From NCBI GenBank assembly GCA_004022145.1, contig RCNU01000011.1: 64,000 nt of DNA; one strand, written 5' to 3'. Shown here in pieces: positions 22,366 to 32,361 of this stretch (its first letter is position 1; each line of letters opens with the position of its first letter). The notes under the pieces were generated by a model. That model did not search any database and was not told where the DNA came from. It was given only the letters and a program-made list of their open reading frames with translations. Source of the DNA: Paecilomyces variotii (lineage: Eukaryota). The position numbers and the translations under genes are program-made.

Positions 22366-24615
22366 ATGGATCGAATTGCGATATTAGAAAGGTTGCTTCT
22401 AGAAGAGCAGCGCCGACGCGAAGAAGCCGAGGGCCGGGCTTTGGATGAACAACATCGCCGTGAAGAAGCCGAAGAAGTCGCGAAAGCATCGCGGCCACAA
22501 ACCCTCAAGGCGTACCTCGAGGCCTGTCACGCACTCAGTCTTGCCATCAAGGTCGTCACTGCTCGTTCTCTGACTACACAAGGCGACACAACTAGTCCGA
22601 CTGGTCGAGTTTACCCACGACGACTCATACCTTGGGATGAATTCCCGACAAGGCAGGAAGAAATCTGGGACAAGCTGTCGGAACCCTCATTCATCGACCA
22701 ACACCAATTTCCTTCCCAACATCAACTAGACTATGTGCAGTCCTTGATTGGGCCCATCAGCAGCGAGCATGGGCTCCGACACTTCGAGCGCGACACCGTT
22801 GAAAATGCAGTACAGAAGTTGGTTGATGCGGTATACGAAAACCCGCTCCTACGAAACAGCCTCGACCTGCGCGGGACCGTGACGTTCGAGAGCCACACAA
22901 ATCTCGGCCAAAGCGAGAACATCTCGGAGTCCTTAGGACACATGTCCCTCACCGACAACGATCTCGGGGGCGCACCGCCCGCCCCGACAACACCTGCACG
23001 CAGGGCACCTCGTAAGACGAAGGGCAAGGGCAATCGCGCAGATCAATTCTACATATATAGGATGTCAGATGGCGCAAGCGTTCCAACGATGGCTATTGAG
23101 TACAAAGCGCCACACAAGCTGAGCCAGGACGAGGTTGTTACTGGCCTGGCCTCCGAGATCCATCCGGAACGAGACGTGATCAATAGGGACGGTGAGGGCT
23201 TTCAGTTTGCGTCCAGGGCGCTCGCCACCGCCGTAGTCACCCAGCTCTTCTCCTACATGATCGGCAAAGGCATCCAGTACGGATATATCTGCACAGGGCA
23301 AGTCTTCATCTTTCTCTACATCCCTGACGATCCTGCCACCGTTTACTACCACGTTTGCGTGCCTAATCTGGACGTTCTCGACGACGACGAGAACAGACTT
23401 CATCGCACGGCCGTCGCACAGGTCTTTGCTTTCATCCTTCAGGCACTCCGTGCGGCACCGCCACCATTATCATGGCACGACGCCGCCGATGGGCTTGATA
23501 CCTGGGTTGTGGAGTACGATGATGTGCTGAGCAAGATTCCCGAAACAGTACGTAAAGGCAAGGAACCTCGCGCTTCTCCTTATAAACCTCAGCGCTGGAA
23601 GGGCTTCAAACGGTCACCAATTCAAACCCGCTCGCGTTGCACGACATCTGATGCCCAACCCATTCGCCGAGGCGATAGTGGTGACGACGACGACGACGAC
23701 GACGAAGTGACTGGACCCCCTTCACCGACCCCGTGTCGATTGAGTCGTTCCGGCAAGAAGGCAAGCGCGTCAACAACTTCGGGCGGGAGACGAGGGCGAG
23801 GTGATAGAAGGGGGCGGCAGGGCGAGAGCACGCAGGGAAGAATACAGGATAGGCCGTACTGCAGTCATCAATGCCTCCTAGGGTTGGCACACGGTGGTCC
23901 GATGGACAAGAACTGCCCAAATATTCATAGTCACGGGCCAAGGCACATTGGCCGAACGAAGTTCCTGCACCTTCTTCGCGAGCAGCTAGCCGTAGACCGC
24001 GGCCACGATGCGGATTCTATGCCGCTCTCTTTGTCAGGGTCGGTCGGATCACTCTTCAAAGTGAGACTGTCCGCTTTCGGATATACCCTCGTCGCCAAGG
24101 GCGTGGAGACGGACCACGTTGCCCGCTTGCGACATGAGGAGAAAGTGTATGATCAACTCCGGATTATCCAGGGAAAGTATGTTCCTGTCTGCCTCGGTAT
24201 GATAGATCTGGTGCTACCATACTATTTTGATGGTGGTGTGTTCGAGCACTTCCTATTACTGAGCTGGGCTGGGAGGCCTTTGCCGTGGTGCGTTGGCGAC
24301 GTCAAGGCACCTGTTATCCCTGGAATTACAACAGGCTACAACGAGTTACACCGTCTGCGAGTTCTCCATAACGACGCTGAAGCACGCAACATCCTCTACG
24401 ACGGAAGTCCAATGATAGTGGATTTTGAGAGGGCAAAAATCTGCTGCCGTCAGCCTCTGGGCCTGACAAGCCCGAACGGGCAGAGTCGGAAGAGGAAGCA
24501 GGGCAAATCGGGAGATCGAGGAGCAGACGAATTTGCGAGAGAGCTAGAATCCATTGTGGAAAGCGTTTCGGCATGCATTGCACGCAACTCCAATGCGTCT
24601 GCGCCACGGCCTTAA
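22366..24615 (+). CDS. SPOK-family (spore killer-like) nuclease-kinase protein
   Basis: Intronless, 749 aa. N-terminal coiled coil; RADQF..IEYKAPHKL nuclease motif (D226/E245/K247); YCSHQCLLGL..CPNIHSH (C499, C503, C517, H523); kinase motifs GSVGSLF, LVAKG, VLHNDAEARNIL (D670) and IVDFE. Confidence 0.85.
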   Translation: MDRIAILERLLLEEQRRREEAEGRALDEQHRREEAEEVAKASRPQTLKAYLEACHALSLAIKVVTARSLTTQGDTTSPTGRVYPRRLIPWDEFPTRQEEIWDKLSEPSFIDQHQFPSQHQLDYVQSLIGPISSEHGLRHFERDTVENAVQKLVDAVYENPLLRNSLDLRGTVTFESHTNLGQSENISESLGHMSLTDNDLGGAPPAPTTPARRAPRKTKGKGNRADQFYIYRMSDGASVPTMAIEYKAPHKLSQDEVVTGLASEIHPERDVINRDGEGFQFASRALATAVVTQLFSYMIGKGIQYGYICTGQVFIFLYIPDDPATVYYHVCVPNLDVLDDDENRLHRTAVAQVFAFILQALRAAPPPLSWHDAADGLDTWVVEYDDVLSKIPETVRKGKEPRASPYKPQRWKGFKRSPIQTRSRCTTSDAQPIRRGDSGDDDDDDDEVTGPPSPTPCRLSRSGKKASASTTSGGRRGRGDRRGRQGESTQGRIQDRPYCSHQCLLGLAHGGPMDKNCPNIHSHGPRHIGRTKFLHLLREQLAVDRGHDADSMPLSLSGSVGSLFKVRLSAFGYTLVAKGVETDHVARLRHEEKVYDQLRIIQGKYVPVCLGMIDLVLPYYFDGGVFEHFLLLSWAGRPLPWCVGDVKAPVIPGITTGYNELHRLRVLHNDAEARNILYDGSPMIVDFERAKICCRQPLGLTSPNGQSRKRKQGKSGDRGADEFARELESIVESVSACIARNSNASAPRP

Positions 24616-25218
24616 CCTGATTCTTGGCAAGAGTGGGTGGATTTGCTCCTGGGGATTGAGGTAAGTCAAAGTTTCCGTCTGTCCTTCAGGCTCCAGGGGA
24701 GGGTGACAGCGGCGTTGGCGGGAAGCACGAATCCAGCCATCTGGATGTGCATCTGCTACCGATCAAGAGATTGTTCGGCGTCTTCGAGGGAGACTGCAAG
24801 CTTAGGGAGGCTTACCAACCTCAGAGAAAGCAGAAGAGATGCCACAGTGGCTGCCCCCGCCGCCGAAACGAGGACACCTTGAACGACCCTTGTGACCAGA
24901 ACCGGCGGAGGATATCGCTTTCCCTCATTATCATGAGTAAAGACCGTATCGTATGTAGGAATTGGTACCTCATACAAAATGGTGTTCTAGGATCGGAGAA
25001 ACATCCGTACTAGATCGATAGATGAAATCCTTATGCTTCTGGCCACGATCATGGACTTCATTCGGGATGATTTGGATGACTAGATGACTAGCGAATGCTT
25101 TTATCATTTGCTCAAATTGCTTTTTAGGGTTATATTTTACATGATAATAATATATTTTATCTAATAATAAGAACAAGAATAGCTAATTATTCCATAGATT
25201 AGCACGTCCTAATATCCT

Positions 25219-25245
25219 AGAGTCCAGCAAGCAACTTAGCAGTAC
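25219..25245 (+). repeat. Right copy of a degenerate 27-bp direct repeat flanking the Spok-like gene
   Basis: AGAGTCCAGCAAGCAACTTAGCAGTAC; 24/27 identical to 21531-21557. Confidence 0.6.
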
Positions 25246-25494
25246 CAGCTAGAGAGAGGTTCACGACAAGACTGCGCCATTTAGGTTGGGATATTTTCTA
25301 CGATATATTGTTATTCTAAAAATAATAAATATATAGATTGGTGCTCTAGTTTACTAGATCCGAAATGGTAAAGCCCCACTGGTCGGGGCAATTACGCAAT
25401 TTAGGTACTGAGAAACGGACCGATGGAAATATCAACGTCGAACCTCTTTCAACTCAATCAATTGAGATTGCAGACTATCATACAACCATTCGAG

Positions 25495-26429
25495 ATGGCA
25501 GCGATCCTTCCCCGTGCCGGCCTTCGTGCTCTGCGAGCCCTGCCCCGAGCTACTCCTGTAGCTACAGGATCGTTCGCATCCACGCTTCCCCGCACTCAGC
25601 GGCCTCTTGCCCAGCCCATCACTCGCCGGTTCCTGGCGACTGGTATCCCAGAGCAGCCTCGTCTGCGCCTTGGATCTACTGGTATGCTTCAATCTCTCAT
25701 TTTGATTCTAGCCGAGAATCCCTCTCGTTGCTAACGTTTGCGATGCAGCTCCCAACTTCAAGGCCCTGACTACCCATGGAGAGATCGACTTCCACGAGTT
25801 TATCGGCAACGACTGGGCCATCCTCTTCTCCCACCCGGCCGATTTCACCCCGGTATGCACGACGGAGCTGGGCGCATTCTCCAGACTCAAGCCTGAGTTC
25901 GACAAGAGAGGTGTCAAGATGATCGGACTGGTGAGTTTGTACCCGGATGGTCCGGGTTAACTGTCTATCACCACTAACTCCTCCATCATAGAGTGCCAAC
26001 GACCTCAGCTCCCACGGCGATTGGGTCAAGGACATCAACGAGGTTGCCAACACCAACGTCGAGTTCCCCATCATCGCCGATGCTGACCGCAAAGTCGCCT
26101 TCCTGTATGACATGGTCGACCAGCGCGACCTTGACAACATCGCCGAGAAGGGCATTCCCTTCACTATCCGTTCCGTCTTCATCATCGACCCGGCCAAGAA
26201 GATCCGTCTGATGATGCTGTATCCGGCCTCGACTGGCCGCAACTCTACAGAGGTGCTGAGAGTGATCGATGCCCTCCAGGCCGCTGACAAGAAGGGCATT
26301 GCTACTCCGATTGACTGGAACGTCGGTGAGGATGTCATCGTCCCGCCATCAGTCTCCACGGAGGACGCGAAGAAGAAGTTCGGTGAGGTGCGGGAGGTGA
26401 AGCCCTACCTGCGCTACACCAAGTTCTAA
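25495..26429 (+). CDS. prx1: Mitochondrial 1-Cys peroxiredoxin, 3 exons
   Basis: Arg/Ala-rich presequence [16 protein letters not shown]; introns about 25682-25748 and 25931-25991; motifs [15 protein letters not shown] and [20 protein letters not shown]. Confidence 0.93.
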
Positions 26430-27311
26430 ACGGCGTCTGCCTGTATAGTATGATTGTATGATAGATCATAACAGTAATGGAATACAACTGCCCTCTGTGG
26501 TTCATGATAGGCGTCGACACTGGTTCTTCGCGTATACAAGTTCCCTGGCCCTGGATTACATTCTTCATGACCGTCGAGATAACCCGAATCTGTGTTTAAA
26601 TTAGAGCTTGTTGGTGCTATAAACAGCAAATTAGTATCGCGGTATCCACAGTTAAGTACCGGACGAACGAGCACTGCAGCATTTCCGATCTGCAAGATGA
26701 CCACTCGAGAAACTTAGACTAAGCCACTTCAAAGTGAACTGAAGGAACTGTCTTGCTCATAATCCAGTTGAACAGACCAGGGCTCTTTAGATAAGTGCTA
26801 CAGGTCGGCCAAGGTCCTTTCTAAGTCCCCTTGTCGGCTGATCGTTGAAGGCTCAAAGGAATCATCTGATATTGTTGGACGAGCTTTAAATAGACACTGC
26901 TAGTCAATTTCCCCCAAATCAGAAGGTTAAAAAGGTAAGTGTCTGGCATTGCCATGTCGTATGTGGCTGTGGCCGATAGCGATCAGCTGCATCCCGACCA
27001 AGCCTTTCTTTACTTAGACGGTGGCGGTGGATCATCCAACGATTTCCCTGGGCGACGATCCCCGACTTCTCTGCTGCAACGCGACTCCTGCCCCTTCAGT
27101 TTCAGAAAGAAGAACCCAATACAACATTAATTGAGCAGCTGGTTCTTCCAGCTGCTCTCACCAATCTTCTTGACAGAGCCAGTTCTCACAATACCGGCGC
27201 ATTCTCGATCACCCCGCGCTCCCTTATCGTCTCCCCCCTTGGGAACCTCACCGTCACGACAAACCCCAAACTTGTTGAGATTGCAAGCGGTGCAAGGCCC
27301 GACACGATACC

Positions 27312-28121
27312 ATGACTTCCTACTTTGCGTCTTTAACATCGTCGAGCGCCATCTCGAACCTCGGCACTCGTTTCAACTCTCTCCGTCGCGCCATCAGCTC
27401 CGGCGACGAGGTCGACGACACCGAGAATGAAGACTGCTCCCACATCTCGAATGTCCTGCGCGCATATTACATTGAGAAAGGACGTCCATTCCCCGGATGG
27501 TTGCCACCAGATCCCAAGGCTCCAGCTGCCCCTCAACCTCGGATGGTCGCGACACAGGCAGCTCTACAACAAGGCGGTTACGGACAGGCACAAGGACGAG
27601 GAGCGGGCTTGAGTGACCTGTGGGGAGACTCGACGGCATCGCAACCACCACCACAACAGCAGACGTTAAGTCTTCGTCGTGGACGTTCACAGGCTCCCGC
27701 TGGAACACACTCGCTCTCTACATCCCCGAGTCCTGGATCGCGACCATCAACAGCAACTCCTCCACCACCGATGGGGGCCCGACCCCTCCCAAGTCAACGC
27801 GGGGCTTCATACCAAAGCACACAGTCTGCACCACAAGGCCGTCTTGGACTCGACCGTGCTGGCTCGGGAGGAAGCTCTGCCTCGGACAGACTACGCGCAC
27901 GGCTACAAGGATCTTTTGGAGGAAGCTCACCGAGTCCACCGCCAGCTCAGTCTCCTGGAAGCGCTCCGATGGGCTCCAGTCGATGGGGGTCTACAGACTC
28001 TGCAGCATCTGATAGCGGTTACGGATCCAATCCATACGCTGGTGGAAGCGCCGGAAGTGGAGCAGGATCGCGCAGACCAGTCGGCCTACCTTCAGGACCC
28101 AAACTGCGTGGTCCGCGATAA
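27312..28121 (+). CDS. mso1: Mso1-like Sec1-binding protein
   Basis: DDTENEDCSHISNVLRAYYIEKGRPFPGWL resembles the Mso1 Sec1-binding motif. It is followed by a P/G/S-rich tail ending GLPSGP. Confidence 0.7.
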   Translation: MTSYFASLTSSSAISNLGTRFNSLRRAISSGDEVDDTENEDCSHISNVLRAYYIEKGRPFPGWLPPDPKAPAAPQPRMVATQAALQQGGYGQAQGRGAGLSDLWGDSTASQPPPQQQTLSLRRGRSQAPAGTHSLSTSPSPGSRPSTATPPPPMGARPLPSQRGASYQSTQSAPQGRLGLDRAGSGGSSASDRLRARLQGSFGGSSPSPPPAQSPGSAPMGSSRWGSTDSAASDSGYGSNPYAGGSAGSGAGSRRPVGLPSGPKLRGPR

Positions 28122-28827
28122 AGGATTCCAAGGCGGTCCCTGTCTCTCTTCATGGATTCACTGCTCGAGGATCGCTGGTAGATGGCTCTGGCATATTGCA
28201 TTTGTGATCCGGTTGCATTAGTGATTCCCCAGTCTGTTGTTGTATAAGAGCATTGGCCTAAGCACTACATCTCGCAAGGCGTTTGGTATTATCTGTTGCA
28301 TCCATTTCAATCAGTCGTCAAGTATAGACCTGCACTGTACATACGCATTAATAATGATTAGGACAATCTTGAGAGCCTCATTTCTGTGACTATACTATCA
28401 ATAAGTAGCGATCGTAGTAGAGCCAATCCACATCGTCCGAAATTAGTCTCTACATCGAGAAGTCAGCAGATCAGGATTCTCTAGCAATACTGAGGAAAGT
28501 AGACGAGTGATAGTAGAGACTCCTTACTCTATATCATGACGAAACTGACTTCCACCATCTACGAGAGACCTCAATCAAGCATCTTCAGCATCAGCTCCAA
28601 GATCTACTTTGGATCTTGCCGCGGGGCTGACTCGCTGAGTCCGCCAAGTACTTAATCGCCCCTGTTATCCTTCCGCCATCCAGGCAGTGGTCCAATACTC
28701 AAATCAAGGGTCGCCATCAACGGTCTGGCCATTTGCTTTTAGTTAGACCAGCAACACAACCTAAACGCCATCAATTTCGTATCAAATTCTTTTTGATATG
28801 TTCTCATTCGTTCACTTGTGTTTCCGG

Positions 28828-29832
28828 ATGATATCATTCATCACGCGCCCACTTTTTCTCCATCCCTTCCAGCTGCTTTGCGATGTCTTTTTCCCAAGCA
28901 GTACAGAAAGACAATTAGAAGACGAAGAAACAGGACAGATTGGTGAAGTATTATACCAAAATCATAAGCGCTTCTGATTCGTTACTAAGTATTTTTAGGG
29001 TGATACGCCAATCGTCTCGACTGAACAACAATACGACCAATCTTCTCCAAGGGAATGTACCGAAAGTCAAGGACCGCAATATTGCGACAACCCCTATGCA
29101 AATCTTCCAGTTATTGGCATAGGCATGACCGGTAGAATCCATCAGATCGATAAAGATCGTGTTGTAAAAGTGGCTAGAGTCTACTCCCTTGAACATCTCT
29201 CCGAGCCTGATCGTGGCGACACGGAATATATTAACGAAATGAACCGGGAGACTATAAGACACGAGATCTGTGTCTATGAGCGCTTAGGAAGCCACAGAGG
29301 GATCATATCTTGTCTAGGGGTCTCTGAGCATGGAATCGAGCTAGCCTTTGCAAACCAGGGCAATCTGGGATCCTACATCGAGAATAATCCAGAACCAACC
29401 GAATCTTTCAAAGCCACGTGGATATTGACTCTTACCGATACTTTATCTTACGTCCACTCGCGCAAGGTCTTTGTGGATGAGATTGCACTCCGCAACTTCT
29501 TAGTAGCTGAAGGACAGCTCAAGCTTGCGGATTTTGGTCAATCTATTCTATTGCCTTTAACTGCTGACGTGAATACAATATCCGAAAATGATCTAACGGC
29601 AAAGATTGAGATACTTCATCTCGGCTGGGTTATTTGCTCAATCGCACAGTGGCGCGTTCACAAATACTACTTCTTTGACACAGAGAAACCGCAAGAAAAT
29701 CCTTCTATGGGCGATCTCTTCTGCCGAGATCTAGTTCAGAAATGCTGGAATGGTGAATATGTTAGCATGGATGCTTTAAACAAGGAAGCGCATATTTTAT
29801 TGGGTGAAATGACTTTAGGAGGGCCAGTTTGA
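28828..29832 (+). CDS. Atypical protein kinase-like protein, 2 exons (start at 28798 or 28828)
   Basis: A phase-0 intron at 28948-28998 joins an upstream exon to ORF 29125..29832. Motifs IGIGMTG, VVK, HEICVYERLGSHRGII, VFVDEIALRNFLV, LADFG and LVQKCW. Confidence 0.7.
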
Positions 29833-30292
29833 AAGCTCCACCAACTGACAGGTTGACGCGTAGCTAGACATAGGATTAAATAGACTAAAAAAGATACGCT
29901 CAGAAAGCTTGGGATTCCTCGAAATACCAACTACGAGGCTCGTGGCATGCAGGCGAAACCAGAAGGCTTTCTTGCTTTCTTCGGTCGAGTCATCATCTAG
30001 GCTTCCAGGGTGCGTGAATCATCCCTCGAGCAACAAAACATGCTGTGTGAGCCACCACAGATTGTCTTGGGCATTAGAAACGAAATTGTTCAGAAGAGCT
30101 GCTATTACCTTACGAAGAGTGTCTATCTGATATGATATCATTAAAATGTAGAATTCGATAAACATCCAGTCAATCCCCGCACGTGCATAGTTTGAATTAG
30201 CAGATCGGCCATGACCCTCTCTCCATCCTAGATATCAATATCAGTTCATCGCCACAAAACTTCATCAATACCATAGAAGAGACACGCCCTCT

Positions 30293-30985
30293 CTAAACCC
30301 CACACATCGCCAAAATAACCTGATCCGACCCTTCCTCCCCATTCACATCTCCTATATACCCAACACACCCTTGTCCCAAATTCTGAAACGCCACCGGCGT
30401 CTGCTCCCTATTAACCGGCTCCGGAAGGAAGACATGCGACTCGACTACTGAGTCCCTCCCGGGGAGATACAGCGCCACTGCATTATCGACATTTTTTAGA
30501 TGCACCGCCTTTTGCGAGTAGGACTGCGGAAGTCTCTCTTTGGCCAGATAGCGATTTGTTGCGGATGAAAGGACCGCACGCTGGTTTAGATATACGGTTG
30601 TGCGGTGATAGTCGCCGAATGCCCAGGGGAAGTTGAGTTTCGTCCGCATGAAGCGGTTGAAGGTTGGTGCGTTAATGAAGCTGGAGAAGAGACAGCAGAA
30701 GATTAGGACGCCGCCGGAGCGCACGTAGGTTAGAACGCTGTCGAGGGCGCGCGAGTTGGAGGGATCTGTGAGACCAGGGTCGGTTGCGAGGATCGCGTGT
30801 GGGTGGTTGGCGCTGAGGTAGCGGACTGCAGCGTCGGAGTTGGAGGCGCGCTGGATTGTGGCGTGTTGGAATAGTTTGTCAACGAGATAAGAGTACATCT
30901 CGTCAAACCAGGGTTGGGAATCGATAGAGAGAAGGAGGACGCGAGGTCTCTGGGGAGTGGCGTCTGATGCTGATAAGGCAGCCAT
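30293..30985 (-). CDS. Conserved fungal hypothetical protein (alpha/beta, possibly class-I glutamine amidotransferase-like fold)
   Basis: Clean ORF from MAALSASD, with YVRSGGVLIF, FPWAFGDYHRTT, YSQKAVHL and GYIGDVNGEEGSDQVILAMCG. Confidence 0.65.
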   Translation of the reverse strand: MAALSASDATPQRPRVLLLSIDSQPWFDEMYSYLVDKLFQHATIQRASNSDAAVRYLSANHPHAILATDPGLTDPSNSRALDSVLTYVRSGGVLIFCCLFSSFINAPTFNRFMRTKLNFPWAFGDYHRTTVYLNQRAVLSSATNRYLAKERLPQSYSQKAVHLKNVDNAVALYLPGRDSVVESHVFLPEPVNREQTPVAFQNLGQGCVGYIGDVNGEEGSDQVILAMCGV

Positions 30986-31149
30986 GGTGGTTGTATGGTT
31001 GGTGTAGTGGTGGTAGAGTAGAGTAGAACGAGACTTGAAGTTACCTGGTGGAAAGTACAATTCCACTATTAATCAATATCAGTTTGTCGCCCAGCAGTCA
31101 GAGGCTGGCTTGCAGTGAATCAATTGACTTTATTGTGTGTCAATGGGGT

Positions 31150-32330
31150 GAACGAACAAAGAATCTGCTGAAGATCTCGTACCTACCAGGTATATAACAG
31201 AGTTGTAGTTACTTACTCCGTCGATTGTATTGGAATTGAACGAATCGCGGGCTTGTTTATTCTCCGTTTACGGGCTTCTATAAGTAAGTATAGGTGTCAA
31301 CACCACATAATTCCGCGAAATGTCGCGTGGACCCTAATAACATCTCAGGTAGTATCTTAGAAGTTAGAAGTCACCCCACTCGCTGACCCCTATGCACCAC
31401 AGATATCAGATAATCAGATGGCACATACTTACCCGGGCCGAGTAATCTTAGCAGTTATCAGTGGAGTCTGTACTTTTTGTACGAACCCTAAGTACCTAGT
31501 TAACCATAAACCAACAGATTAGACAAGCGGTTAAAGGAGTCAACTAATATTAACGGTTAAAAGTAGTTACTACAGCATTATTTTCTTAGGAACAGATTAA
31601 GAATTCTGCCTTTTCTCCTTACACTATACTTGCACGCACCTAATTATATGAGCTTTACATACAATAGGTACTTAGCGCCTTCATATAATACTTGAGATAA
31701 GTAGGTAGTTAATGTAATAAATGGGGAGCTACATCTTACTATAAGTACTGTACCTACTTAGGTCTTGGCGATAAAACTAATTTGGCTGCCAAATATTATT
31801 ATGATTTTATAGTATTTCTTCCCGTCCTCGTACGCGATCATCTAACCCCCTTGCCCCTCTTAGATATCTAGAGTATCCCTCTACCTCAAGCTCCTAGCAA
31901 TTGCATCTGGAATTTCAATCTCGTATGGTGGGTCTCCTCATGCTCCTTAACTCGCTGTCTCAGCGACGAGTTCTCCCTGGTGTAGCCTAGTGGAGTCACG
32001 ATAAATGACTTGAATGTAAGTATTATGTATCGAACAGGCCTTTTATAGAAGGTTGCGGATCACGATAATAAGGAAATACTAGAGATGTAGTTGCAAGAAG
32101 TATATATGCTCCAAATAGTGAGAGATATTACGAGACCATGGAACGTCCTCTGCAACCGTAAAGATAAACTATATTAGATGCTTCTGGAAATTAAAACAAG
32201 AAATAACATAACCACCCAGAGAAGAAAAGCAGGTCAAGATTAAAACGCAAATAGGATAGAACTTAGCACTAATAACAAATAAAGGGTATCTGGAAATAAG
32301 ATTATTAAAGTCTCAGCATACAACCTCTTT
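31150..32330. other. AT/TpA-rich ORF-free island, probably a RIP-degraded repeat or transposon relic
   Basis: No ORF of 60 aa or more in the track between 31066 and 32329. Dense TA/TAG/TAA words, especially at 31490-31830 and 32040-32320. Confidence 0.45.
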
Positions 32331-32361
32331 GTCCTGTGATGTTGAACCACATTCCCATCCA

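Noticed and set aside
22366-24615. Reading the 749-aa ORF as an FtsH/M41 metalloprotease or an ordinary Ser/Thr kinase
   Set aside because: No AAA Walker A or HExxH motif. A plain kinase call ignores the nuclease and Cys-cluster regions.
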